Notes under the pieces: generated by a model | Told to the model about the DNA's origin: nothing | Seen by the model: the letters and a program-made list of their open reading frames with translations, nothing else | The model's database searches: none | Shown: piece after piece, positions 10,031 through 19,156 of the stretch | Layout of the letters: the number at the start of each line of letters is the position of its first letter | Numbering within the stretch: position 1 is the first letter of the stretch | Program-made: the position numbers and the translations under genes | Assembly: GCA_963747235.1 (NCBI GenBank) | Contig: CAVVEU010000033.1 | Location: 256,001-320,000, forward strand | Reading direction: 5' to 3' | Source of the DNA: an uncultured Candidatus Rokubacteria bacterium | GTDB lineage: Bacteria; Methylomirabilota; Methylomirabilia; Rokubacteriales; CSP1-6 | DNA length: 64,000 bases

Positions 10031-10435
10031 TCAGGCCGCCCGGCTGAGCCGGCCGGCCCCGCGGGTGGCGTCCGCCACCCGGCTCTGCTGCCACGGACGG
10101 ACCGCCTGCGGGATCAGGACCAGGCGCAGCCGCGGCGGATCCTGCCGGTCGAGCCGGCGGAAGACATCCTGGGTGAGCCGGGTGATGACGCCGACCATGC
10201 CCTCGCGATGGAGCGGCAGCCGCATCGAGACCGTCCACTCGCCGGTCAGGCTCCGGGTGACCTCGGGCGCCGCGGCGGCGCCCAGCTCGCGGTGGATGGC
10301 GTCGGTCAGCGCGATCTGACGCGCCACGCGCTCCTCGCGGCGCCGCTGGACGCGGCGACTCAGGTCGAGCAGGACCCACACGGCCAGGAATGGAATCAGC
10401 GCGATCATGATCGTGGTCTCCGTCTCCAGGCTCAT
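10031..10435 (-). CDS. Hypothetical single-TM protein
   Basis: GGAGGAG RBS before ATG 10435; TM IMIALIPFLAVWVLL followed by an Arg-rich stretch. Confidence 0.7.
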   Translation of the reverse strand: MSLETETTIMIALIPFLAVWVLLDLSRRVQRRREERVARQIALTDAIHRELGAAAAPEVTRSLTGEWTVSMRLPLHREGMVGVITRLTQDVFRRLDRQDPPRLRLVLIPQAVRPWQQSRVADATRGAGRLSRAA

Positions 10436-10474
10436 CGTTCTCTCCTCCGGTGGTGGCTGCCGTTTCTTCACCCC

Positions 10475-10507
10475 GTGAGACACCGGGGGCGAGACGGTGT
10501 GAAACGG
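10475..10507 (-). promoter_or_regulatory. Putative ECF-sigma promoter, copy 2 (target)
   Basis: Minus strand CCGTTTCACA-CCGTCTCGCCCCCGG-TGTCTCAC; same boxes and 15-nt spacer as copy 1. Confidence 0.7.
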
Positions 10508-10528
10508 CGGAGGACGGCGCGGGACTGG

Positions 10529-11494
10529 CTAGGCCGGGAGCGGATGCAGATCGGGCCGGCAGCTGGTGCAGGGCGCGAAGCCGGCGGCCTCGGCGACTTC
10601 CCGCGTCCCGAACAGCGTGAGCGTGGACATCGACATCGACGGGAGCGAGCCGCAGGTCGGCACGCAGTACTCGCGATCCCCGGTGACCATGGTGTACATG
10701 GCCTCGCGGTCCACCTTGAAGTCGTTCCGCGCCTCGACCGTCTTCACGCCCTCGACCGCGAGCAGGCGCTGCTTGAGATCCACGCGGCGGCCCGCGTAGC
10801 CGGTCAGCGCGCCCGAGCCGCCGATGACCCGGTGGCAGGGGATGACGATCGGCAGCGGGTTCCAGCGCAGCGCCTGCGCGACCGGGCGCACCGCGGAGGG
10901 CGCGCCGATGCGCGCCGCGATGCCCGCGTAGGAGGTGACCGCGCCGTAGGGCAGCGCGGCCGTCGCCTCGAGCACGCGCCGCTGGAAATCGCTCCGCATC
11001 CGGCGCAGGTCGAGCGGCCAGTCGAGCCGCGCGCGCCGGCCCTCGAGATACTCCACCAGCTCCGCCCGCAGCCCCTCGGTCGCCGCGCGGTCCTCGACCG
11101 CGTCCTCGCCCAGGAGCCGCCGCACGTGCGCGGACAGCGGGCCGTCCGCGGGCAGGTACTGCACGAGCGCCACGCCCTGCTCGGAGCGGCCGATGAGGAT
11201 GCGCCCCAGCGGCGACGCGAAGATCCCGAAGCCGACCATGCGCGAGCGCAGGTCCGAGAGACGCGAGGCGAGCTGCGCGCGCGCCAGCGTGGCGTCGTCG
11301 TCCGCGAGCGGCGCGCGCCGCAGCGTGCCCATCATGCCCTCCAGCGCGCGGTAGTGCGCGAGCTCGTCCCGGCAGAGCCGGCAACCGGCCACGTGCGCGT
11401 CGACGCGCCCGGCGGCGGCGGGTCCCGCCTCGCCCGCGGCGACGCTCAGGAGGTCCGGCTCGATGGCGCGGCAGAGGGGATGCTGAGGGCTCAT
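10529..11494 (-). CDS. Fusion: ZAS zinc anti-sigma domain + methylated-DNA--protein-cysteine methyltransferase + C-terminal Ada-type Zn domain (321 aa)
   Basis: C-x25-HVAGCRLC; FQRRVL..PYG..SY..IA, NPLPIVIPCHRV, LTGYAG..KQRLLAVEG; YCVPTC...EAAGFAPCTSCRP; ATGA overlap with the sigma gene. Confidence 0.88.
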   Translation of the reverse strand: MSPQHPLCRAIEPDLLSVAAGEAGPAAAGRVDAHVAGCRLCRDELAHYRALEGMMGTLRRAPLADDDATLARAQLASRLSDLRSRMVGFGIFASPLGRILIGRSEQGVALVQYLPADGPLSAHVRRLLGEDAVEDRAATEGLRAELVEYLEGRRARLDWPLDLRRMRSDFQRRVLEATAALPYGAVTSYAGIAARIGAPSAVRPVAQALRWNPLPIVIPCHRVIGGSGALTGYAGRRVDLKQRLLAVEGVKTVEARNDFKVDREAMYTMVTGDREYCVPTCGSLPSMSMSTLTLFGTREVAEAAGFAPCTSCRPDLHPLPA

Positions 11495-12018
11495 GACCGG
11501 GACTCCATTCCGAGCGGGAGATGACCGTCGAGGCCCCGCCGCACCTTGCGGAGGGCCTGGAAGACGTGGGCGCGGGCACTCTCCTCCGAGCAGGAGAGGC
11601 TCGCTCCGATCTCCGCGTATTCGAGCTCGTGCATTTTCCTCATGATGAAGGCCAGTCGCTGCTTGCCGGGCAACCCGCCGATCACCCGCTCCAACCGCTC
11701 GCGCGCCTCGTCGGCCAGCACCAGGCCGTCGGCCCGATCCGGCGCGTCCGGCCGCATTTCCATCGCCGCCGCCGCGTAGGCCCGGCGCCGGCGCCCCTGG
11801 GACCGGAAGTGATTGCGCCCGAGGTTCGTGGCGATCGTGAAGAGCCACGCGCGCACGTTCGAGCCCGGCGGCAGGGCGCGGTACGCCCGGAACGCGCGGA
11901 GAAAGGTCTCCTGCGAGAGATCGTCGGCGTCGCTACCCCGAGCCGTGATCCGCAGCAGGTACCGCCGGATCTCCGCGTGGTGGGCACCCACCACCGCCTC
12001 GAACGCGTCCTCTGCCAT
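11491..12018 (-). CDS. ECF RNA polymerase sigma-70 factor
   Basis: Region 2 DADDLSQETFLRAF...RAWLFTIATN; region 4 LPGKQRLAF...YAEIG.SL.CS..SARAHVFQAL; start 12018 (alternatives 12021, 12030). Confidence 0.92.
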   Translation of the reverse strand: MAEDAFEAVVGAHHAEIRRYLLRITARGSDADDLSQETFLRAFRAYRALPPGSNVRAWLFTIATNLGRNHFRSQGRRRRAYAAAAMEMRPDAPDRADGLVLADEARERLERVIGGLPGKQRLAFIMRKMHELEYAEIGASLSCSEESARAHVFQALRKVRRGLDGHLPLGMESRS

Positions 12019-12028
12019 CACTCTAGCC

Positions 12029-12061
12029 ATGAGACACCGCCGCCGGCCGGGTGTGAAACGG
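12029..12061 (-). promoter_or_regulatory. Putative ECF-sigma promoter, copy 1 (autoregulatory, leaderless)
   Basis: Minus strand CCGTTTCACA-CCCGGCCGGCGGCGG-TGTCTCAT, a few nt upstream of GTG/ATG 12021/12018; no SD. Confidence 0.7.
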
Positions 12062-12077
12062 CCCCCCCCGGCGCGCG

Positions 12078-13053
12078 CTAACCCCCTGTTCCGGCGCGCG
12101 TCTTGAGCGCAGCCGCCTGCTGCTCCCGGACGAAGCGGAGGGCGGTCACCGTGCTCACGGCCAGGCTCATGGCCACCGAGACCAGGAGGGTGGCCACCAG
12201 GGTCAGGAGCACCGCACGCTGGTTCTCGAGGATCTGGCGCACCGAGGCCGCGAAGACCAGGTCCACCTTGAGCGTGGGCATCACCGCCTGGGTGAGGAGC
12301 CACTCGTCGTCCTCGCCCAGGGTGACCAGGCCGTCGAATTGGCGCCGGCCCAGCCCCGCCACGAACGGGTGATTCTTCCAGTCTTCCTGGGTAAGCTGGC
12401 GGGTCTTCTGGTCCATGTAGATCGCCTGCTTGCCCGCGTCGATCATGATCAGCCAGCCTCCGGGGCCGACCTGCTCGATGGCCTCGATGGATCCCTGCAG
12501 CCGGATGCTCCCGATCAGGTAGGCGACGATCTGCTCGTCCAGCTTGATCGGCACCGCGGCGCCCACGATGAAATCGCGCGAGGCCCGGCCGAAGATGATG
12601 CCGGAGACGGCGGGCCCCTGCAGGCGAATGGCCTCCTGCAGCAGCGGCCGGTCCGCGTAGCGCAGCTCGAGATTGGACGGTGCCGTCCGGCCCGGTGAGC
12701 GGGCTGAACGCGAGCGGCCGGCCGTCGGGCGACACCACGAAGAGCGTCGGCATCTGCAGCATCGCCCGGATCGCGTCGATCTCGCGCTGCAGCGCGCGCG
12801 GCTCGTGCGAGGCCCAGCTCTGGGCGAAGTGGGCGGCGAGCGGGCCGAGGGCGGCGAGCTTGTCGCGCACCTGGGAGTCGGCCAGCCCCGCGAGCACGCG
12901 CACGATGTCCTGGCGCTGGGCGCGCGCGTCCCGGAGCGCCTGCGGCTTGAGCCGGAGCGTCCACGCGAGCCCCACCACCAGCAGGGCCACCACGGACACC
13001 ACCGCCCACGTGGAGAGAAGGAAGAACAGGTGCGACCAGCGGAAACCCGTCAT
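12078..13053 (-). CDS. Membrane protein with dCache-like periplasmic sensor domain and no output domain (frameshift ~12675)
   Basis: TM1 at N-terminus; YADRPLLQEAI..GPAVSGIIFGRAS..VGAAVPI..IVAYLIGSI Cache signature; TM2 then ~20-aa tail. Confidence 0.65.
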
Positions 13054-13088
13054 GGCGCCCCTCGTCATGGCGACAGATGATACCGCGC

Positions 13089-13117
13089 TTGACAGGGCCA
13101 GCGCCCCACCGCATCAT
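13089..13117 (+). promoter_or_regulatory. Putative sigma70 promoter
   Basis: TTGACA-N17-CATCAT upstream of the ADH gene. Confidence 0.4.
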
Positions 13118-13140
13118 CGGCCGCGCAGCCCGGTGTTTCA

Positions 13141-13175
13141 CCCCTCACCCTGCCCTCTCCCCTGAGGGGAGAGGG
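13141..13175 (+). repeat. REP-like hairpin, copy 1
   Basis: CCCCTCACCCTGCCCTCTCCCCTGAGGGGAGAGGG. Confidence 0.85.
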
Positions 13176-13193
13176 ATAAAGAAGGAGAATCCC

Positions 13194-14288
13194 GTGAAAG
13201 CCGCCGTCCTCTACAAGGCCAATACTCCGCTCGAAGTGGTCGATCTCGTCCAGGAGGGGCCGAAAGCCGGCGAGGCCCGCGTGAAGGTCAAGGCCGCGGG
13301 CATCTGCCACAGCGACTGGCACATCATGAACGGGGACTGGACGCCGCCCCTGCCGATGGTCCTGGGCCACGAGGCGGCGGGCATGGTCGAGGAGGTGGGC
13401 CCGGGCGTGACGAACGTCAAGCCGGGCGATCACATCATCTTCTCGTTCCGCCCGCAGTGCGGCCACTGCCTCTACTGCTCGATGGGCCGCTCCATCCTCT
13501 GCGACGGGCACACCTCGCCGCGCTGGGGCATGCTCGACGGCACCTTCCGGCTCAAGCGCAACGGGCAGGACATCTTCCAGATGGCGCGCATCGGGACGTT
13601 CTCCGAGCAGGTGGTGTGCCCGGCCGAGATGCTGGTGCCCATCCGCAAGGAGATGCCGTGGCCGCAGGCGGCGCTCATGGGCTGCTGCGTGCCCACCGGC
13701 GTCGGCGCGGTCACCCGCTGCGCGGAGGTGGAGGCGGGCGCCTCGGTGCTCGTCATCGGCTGCGGCGGCGTGGGGCTCAACGTGGTGCAGGGCGCGAAGC
13801 TGGCCGGGGCCGGCATCATCGTGGCCGCCGACCTGCTCGACAGCAAGCTCGCCTACGCCAAGGACTTCGGCGCGACCCACACCATCAACGCCAAGAGCGA
13901 GAACGTGGTGGACCGCGTGCGCGAGCTGACCCCGGGCGGCCGCGGAGTGGACTACGCCTTCGACGCCATCGGCGGCGAGGCCACCACGCTGCAGATCGTG
14001 GAGGCCATCCGGCCGGGCGGGACCGCGGTGATCGTGGGCATGGCCGCGCTCAACGTGCGCGCGCCGATCACGCCCTACAACATGGCGCTCCAGGAGAAGA
14101 CGATCAAGGGCACGATGTACGGCTCGGTACGCCCGAACATCGACTTCCCGAAGCTGGTGGATCTCTACCTCGCCGGCCGCCTCAAGATCGACGAGCTGGT
14201 AAGCCGCACCTATAAGATCGAGGACATCAACGAGGGCTTCACCGCGCTGCGGACCGGCCAGGTCGCCCGCGGCGTGGTCGTCTTCTGA
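13194..14288 (+). CDS. Zn-dependent alcohol dehydrogenase (class III-like)
   Basis: GICHSD, GHEAAG, CGHCLYC..C, GCGGVG; AAGGAG RBS and GTG start. Confidence 0.92.
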   Translation: MKAAVLYKANTPLEVVDLVQEGPKAGEARVKVKAAGICHSDWHIMNGDWTPPLPMVLGHEAAGMVEEVGPGVTNVKPGDHIIFSFRPQCGHCLYCSMGRSILCDGHTSPRWGMLDGTFRLKRNGQDIFQMARIGTFSEQVVCPAEMLVPIRKEMPWPQAALMGCCVPTGVGAVTRCAEVEAGASVLVIGCGGVGLNVVQGAKLAGAGIIVAADLLDSKLAYAKDFGATHTINAKSENVVDRVRELTPGGRGVDYAFDAIGGEATTLQIVEAIRPGGTAVIVGMAALNVRAPITPYNMALQEKTIKGTMYGSVRPNIDFPKLVDLYLAGRLKIDELVSRTYKIEDINEGFTALRTGQVARGVVVF

Positions 14289-14321
14289 GAACGGTCGCCC
14301 AGGCGGCGGCCCGACTGCTGC

Positions 14322-15206
14322 TTGCGGTCGCTGGGGCGGTGGCTCAACCGCCGCCCCGGCGGCCCCATCGCCCCGCCCGCGCCGCTCGAGACGGTGCTGG
14401 TGGGCGACGACTCCCCCGCCGCGCTCACCCGCCTCCTCTGCGGCCGCGACAACGCGGCGCGGGAGACGGCCCTGCCTCGCTATCTCCAGTACCGCGGCAT
14501 CGCGTTCTCGCGCCATCGCTTCACGCGCCCCGAGGGCCGGGGCGACACCTTCGCGGTCGACCTCGGCGAGGGCCCGCGCGTGCTGGTGCTGTGCGCGCAT
14601 CACGACGCGGTCCCGGGCAGCCCCGGCGCCAACGACAACGCGGCCGCGGTCGGCATCCTGCTCCACCTGATCCCGCGTCTCCCGGCCCGGATCCCGCGCG
14701 GCTGGCGGGTGCGCCTGCTCTTCACCGCCGCCGAGGAGCTCGACTACCTGGGCGCGCGCGCCTACGTGGAGGACACGCCGCTCAGCGATGTCGCGGGCGT
14801 GCTGAGCCTCGAGCTGTGCGGCATCGGCGACACGGTGGCGCTCTGGGACGTCGAGGAGCCTACACCGTTCCTCGGTAGCGTGACGGGGGCGCTGGAGTCA
14901 GCCGGGATAGCCCGCTCTGCGGGCTACGTTGTGATCGGCCGCATCCCCGTCTTCGGCAGCGACCACCGGGCCTTCGCCGCCGCGGGCATCCCCGCCTACG
15001 GCTTCACCATGGTGCCGGCGGCCCACGCCGACGCGCTGCGCCGCTTCGTGCTGAGCCCGGTGCGCTCCAGCGTGCGGAGCCTCATCCGCCGCCCGCCCCC
15101 GTTTCACACCTACCACACGAGCGGCGACGCGCTCGAGACGCTCGAGCCCAACGCGCTCCACCGCGCCGCGGCCGCCCTCACCGCGATCGTCGCGGAGCTC
15201 GACTAG
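14322..15206 (+). CDS. M28 family metallopeptidase
   Basis: AHHD, GANDNAAAV, AEE, SDH, YHT..D motifs. Confidence 0.85.
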   Translation: MRSLGRWLNRRPGGPIAPPAPLETVLVGDDSPAALTRLLCGRDNAARETALPRYLQYRGIAFSRHRFTRPEGRGDTFAVDLGEGPRVLVLCAHHDAVPGSPGANDNAAAVGILLHLIPRLPARIPRGWRVRLLFTAAEELDYLGARAYVEDTPLSDVAGVLSLELCGIGDTVALWDVEEPTPFLGSVTGALESAGIARSAGYVVIGRIPVFGSDHRAFAAAGIPAYGFTMVPAAHADALRRFVLSPVRSSVRSLIRRPPPFHTYHTSGDALETLEPNALHRAAAALTAIVAELD

Positions 15207-15220
15207 GCATCCTCCGACGC

Positions 15221-16330
15221 TTAGGTGAGCGTCGCGAGCTTCTTCCGCTCGATCAGCGCGAAGTCGATCTGAGCGCCCAGGCCGGGCGCGGTGGGCGCCC
15301 GCACCATCCCGTGCGAGTCCACCTCGATGTCGGCGACGAGCCCGTACTTCTGCGCTTCCGCGGGCAGCAGCACCTCGAAGAACTCGCAGTTGCGGATCGC
15401 CATCGCCACGTGGAGGTTGGCCACGTTGTTGAGCGAGTTACCGCCGTGGTGGATCTCGAAGTTCATGTGGAAGCCCTCGGCGAGGTGCGCGGTCTTCACG
15501 AGCGCCGAGATGCCGCCCTTCACCGCCACGTCTCCCCGCAGATAGTCGGTCGCCCGCGCCACGAGCCACGGCGCGTAGGCGGTGAAGCCGCCCGGCACGT
15601 ACTCGGTGGCGAGGATCGGGATCGAGAGGTGCTGCTTGAGCTTGACGTAGTTGTAGAGGTCGTCGTCGGCCAGCGGGTCCTCGTACCAGTAGTAGCCGAG
15701 CCGCTCGACCGCGCGGCCCACCCGGATCGCGGCCGGGTAGTCGTAGGCCCACGTGGAGTCGAGCATCAGCGTGAAGGCGTCGCCCACCATCCCGCGCACC
15801 GCCTCGCAGATCTCGATGTCGAGCTTGGGTTCGGTCGGCGGGTGGATCTTGTAGGCGGTCCAGCCCTCGCCCTTGAACCGCGCCGCCTCCTCGGCGTAGG
15901 CCTGCTTGGACGGCAGCACCGCGGAGCTCGCGTAGGCGGGCAGCCGCTCCCGGTAGGAGCCGAGCAACCGGTGGATGGGCAGCCCGGTCACCTTGCCCGC
16001 GAGGTCCCACAGCGCCACGTCCACCGCCCCGATCGCGCGCCACGTGGTCTGGCGGCTGCGCGAGAGCAGGGCCTGGTAGAGCCGCTCCCGGTCCAGCGGG
16101 TCCTGGTCCATCACGAGCGGCTTGAGCGCGCTCATCAGCGACTCGGCGTCGTAGTTGGCGCCGCGGCTCGCCGAGCCCAGGAAGGCGTGGCCCTCCGCGC
16201 CCTCATCGGTGCGGAGCGTGAGCAGGCCGAGCTGGCTCTGGCCGCCGAACTTGCCGGTGTGCCGTCCGTAGGTGGTGGCGGGAATGTTGTCCCAGGCGAA
16301 CAGCGTGAGCGTGACGTCGGTGATCTTCAC
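15221..16330 (-). CDS. Mandelate racemase/enolase superfamily protein
   Basis: DVALWDLAGK..LP, YKIH, LMLD, WYEDP, ATE, APGLG. Confidence 0.9.
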   Translation of the reverse strand: MKITDVTLTLFAWDNIPATTYGRHTGKFGGQSQLGLLTLRTDEGAEGHAFLGSASRGANYDAESLMSALKPLVMDQDPLDRERLYQALLSRSRQTTWRAIGAVDVALWDLAGKVTGLPIHRLLGSYRERLPAYASSAVLPSKQAYAEEAARFKGEGWTAYKIHPPTEPKLDIEICEAVRGMVGDAFTLMLDSTWAYDYPAAIRVGRAVERLGYYWYEDPLADDDLYNYVKLKQHLSIPILATEYVPGGFTAYAPWLVARATDYLRGDVAVKGGISALVKTAHLAEGFHMNFEIHHGGNSLNNVANLHVAMAIRNCEFFEVLLPAEAQKYGLVADIEVDSHGMVRAPTAPGLGAQIDFALIERKKLATLT

Positions 16331-16361
16331 GAGGCTCCTCCCCTTCTGCTAGATTCTGGCG

Positions 16362-16676
16362 GTGGCTGCTCCACCTGTTCCGCGCGACGGCGTCGTCCGG
16401 CTCTTCCGCGACCGCGGAGGACGCAACGGCAAGACCGTGACCGTGATCCACGGATTACCCGAGCGCGGCCCCGCGCTCGACGCGCGCCTCTCCGAGATGA
16501 AGCGGCTCTGCGGCGCCGGCGGCACCCTGAAGGACGGCGTCGTGGAGATCCAGGGCGACCACCGGGAGCGCCTCGCCACGCGGCTGCGCGCGCTCGGCTA
16601 CACCGTGAAGCTGGCCGGCGGCTCCACCGCTACTCCACCTCCTTCAGGCGGAGGACTTCCGGGCGGCCCTCCATGA
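16362..16676 (+). CDS. yciH: SUI1/YciH family translation factor
   Basis: GGRNGKTVTVIHG, KRLCGAGGTLKDG.VEIQGDH. Confidence 0.85.
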   Translation: MAAPPVPRDGVVRLFRDRGGRNGKTVTVIHGLPERGPALDARLSEMKRLCGAGGTLKDGVVEIQGDHRERLATRLRALGYTVKLAGGSTATPPPSGGGLPGGPP

Positions 16677-16917
16677 ACTCGCCCATCTTCCGGCCCAGCG
16701 CCTTGAAGTAGTCGGCGGCGCGGTGCGCTTCCACCGCCGCCTGGTCCGCGTAGCGCTCCATGAACACGTAGGTCTGCGGCGCCTCACCGTGATGGAGCGC
16801 GTAGAGCCGGCAGCCCGGCTCGTTGGCATTGACCTTGGCCACCAATTCCTTGGCGACGGCCTCGAACTGCGACTCCATTCCCGGCTTCACCTTGATCGTC
16901 GCGACGACACCGAGCAT
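16630..16917 (-). CDS. Antibiotic biosynthesis monooxygenase (ABM) family protein
   Basis: IKVKPG..FE, NEPGC..Y, ERYADQAAVEAH. Confidence 0.85.
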   Translation of the reverse strand: MLGVVATIKVKPGMESQFEAVAKELVAKVNANEPGCRLYALHHGEAPQTYVFMERYADQAAVEAHRAADYFKALGRKMGEFMEGRPEVLRLKEVE

Positions 16918-17078
16918 CGGCAGCCTCCGGGCGGCGTGTCCGGATGGACACCCGCTGTTGATGAGATGACAACCTCCGGCCATCATGCGCCGAATTTTGT
17001 TGGTATTCGGGCCCCCATGGCCCCCGGCAACTGCGGCCGATATGAGCTATTTCAGCAGGTTAGAGGCAGTGTCACCTG

Positions 17079-17094
17079 TGGAACGCGTCTTGCT
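17079..17094 (+). promoter_or_regulatory. Putative sigma54 (-24/-12) promoter
   Basis: TGGAAC-N5-TTGCT (GG-N10-GC) in an AT-richer intergenic region. Confidence 0.6.
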
Positions 17095-17106
17095 CACCAG
17101 GCTTGC

Positions 17107-17508
17107 ATGAGAAATCGAGATCGCGTACACGGCCCCCGGGAGAGCGCAGCCAGGCAGCACGTCACCGATCCCCACCCTCCTGAGGTCCGCCGGAAGCGCG
17201 GCCGACCGAAGGGTAGCACCGGCATCAGCCGGCGCCATCCGGACTCGGTGCTGGCCGCCGAGATCGCCAAGTCGCCGCTCGCGACCGTCTACGCGAGCCA
17301 TGACGGCGAGCTCTACCACGCGATCTGCAAGCAGCCGCTCGAGTTCCAGGGCCGCCGCGCCCAGCTCGAGCTCGATTTCTACTGCCTGCGCTGCATGGAG
17401 CACGTCGCGCTCCCTCAGTTCGCGCTGAGCCGCATCCGCTTCGACCTCCCCCGGCCGACCGATGTCGACCTTCCGGAGTGGGCCACGAGCATCGTCGCCT
17501 ACCAGTAA
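17107..17508 (+). CDS. Hypothetical AT-hook + Zn-ribbon protein
   Basis: RKRGRPKGS; HAIC-x18-CLRC. Confidence 0.65.
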   Translation: MRNRDRVHGPRESAARQHVTDPHPPEVRRKRGRPKGSTGISRRHPDSVLAAEIAKSPLATVYASHDGELYHAICKQPLEFQGRRAQLELDFYCLRCMEHVALPQFALSRIRFDLPRPTDVDLPEWATSIVAYQ

Positions 17509-17609
17509 GCTCGTTCGCCTCTCTCCCGACTTTCGCTCAGGGCCCGGTCCAGCCGGGCCCTTTCCCGTCCCGTCCTCGCCATGGGATCATAGCCGCCACG
17601 GAGGCGGCG

Positions 17610-18414
17610 TTGAAGATCGAAATGGTCGAGGATCCCACCGACCCGCGCATCGCGGGATTTCGCGACGCGCGTGACGGTGAATTGCGGCGCCGCGAGGGCC
17701 TGTTCCTCGCCGAGGGCCGCCTCCTGGTTCGCCGCCTGCTCGCGACCCGCCGGTTCCCCGTCCAGTCCCTCCTGCTGACGCCGCCCGCGCTCGACGATCT
17801 CCGCGACCTGCTCGCCCGCGACGACTCGACGCCCGCCTACGTGGCCTCGGCCGAGACGATCCGCGCCATCGTCGGCTTCAAGTTCCACCGCGGCTGCCTG
17901 GCCCTGGGCGTGCGCGGCGAGCCCGTCGCGCCCGAGGCGCTCATGGACCCGGTGGGCCCGCGCACGCTGCTGGCGCTCGAGGGCGTGACCGATCCCGACA
18001 ATGTCGGCGCGATCTTCCGGAACGCGGCGGCCTTCGGAGTGGCCGGGGTGCTGCTGTCGAGCCACTGCGCCGATCCGCTCTACCGCAAGGCGATCCGCGT
18101 CTCCATGGGCGCCACGCTCGCGCTGCCGTTCGCGCAGGTGCCGGACTGGGCGGCCACGCTCGCGGCCCTGCGCCAGCGCCGGATACCGGCTGGTGGCACT
18201 CTGCCCCGGGGCGGAAGCGGAGGACATCGTCGAGGTGGCGGGCCGCGCGCCGCGCCGGCCGAGGCTCGCGCTCCTGCTGGGCGCCGAGGGCGCGGGGCTC
18301 AGCGATGCGACGCGGGCCGCCGCCGACGTCGAGGTGCGCATCCCGATGGCCGCCGGAGTGGATTCGCTCAACGTCGCGGCCGCCTGCGGCATCGCGCTCC
18401 ATCGCTTCGCATGA
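17610..18414 (+). CDS. TrmH/SpoU family RNA methyltransferase (frameshift ~18180)
   Basis: DPDNVGAIFRNAAAFG, LGAEGAGLS, IPM..VDSLNVAAA. Confidence 0.88.
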
Positions 18415-19117
18415 TCGCCATCGGCACGTCCGGCTACAACTATCCGGAGTGGCGCGGCTCCTTCTATCCGGAGAAGTTCCCCACCGGCAAGATGCTGCCC
18501 TACTATGCCGAGCGCTTCTCCACGGTGGAGATCAACTACACCTTCTACCGGATGCCCAATGCCAAGACCATCGCGGGCTGGGTCGCGGAGACGCCCGCGA
18601 GCTTCTCGTTCACGCTGAAGGCGCCGCAGCGGATCACCCACTTCGCGCGGCTACGCGAGATCGGCGATCCGCTGCGCTACTTCCTCGACACCGCGGCCGG
18701 CCTCGGGCCCAAGCTCGGCCCGGTGCTGTTCCAGCTCCCGCCCAACTTCAAGAAGGACCTGGCGCGGCTGGGCGGTCTGCTCGATCAGCTCCCCGCGGGC
18801 CTGCGCTGCGCGATGGAGTTCCGTCACGAGAGCTGGTTCGCGGACGACGTGTACGAGCGCCTGCGCGCGGCCAACGCCGCGCTCTGCGTGGCCGATACCG
18901 AGGAGGCCACCACGCCGGTCGAGGCGACCGCCGACTGGGGCTACCTGCGCCTGCGCGACCAGGGCTATACCGCGGCCGATCTCGAGGGCTGGGGCCGGCG
19001 GATCCAGGAGATGGGCGCGCGGTGGGGCGACACCTTCGTCTACTTCAAGCACGAGGAGGCCGGGACCGGCCCCGCGTTCGCCCGCCAGCTCCGGGAGCTC
19101 TCGACCCTGAGTCCTGA
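18411..19117 (+). CDS. DUF72 (YecE) family protein; 3' end uncertain
   Basis: IGTSGYNY.EW.G.FYP, VEINYTFY, FQLPP, EFRH.SW, YLRLR. Confidence 0.88.
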
Positions 19118-19124
19118 CCCGCCA

Positions 19125-19156
19125 CTCCTCACCGCCCTCTCCCTGAGGGGAGAGGG
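19125..19156 (+). repeat. REP-like hairpin, copy 2 (between convergent genes)
   Basis: CTCCTCACCGCCCTCTCCCTGAGGGGAGAGGG. Confidence 0.75.

Noticed and set aside
11491-13068. 525-aa ORF suggesting a membrane sensor-ECF sigma fusion
   Set aside because: Artefact of the ~12675 frameshift. The middle is off-frame, and the Cache gene has its own stop at 12078
15099-15130. CCGTTTCACACC, a match to the upstream half of the ECF motif
   Set aside because: Lies inside the peptidase CDS and has no TGTCTC box at the 15-nt spacing
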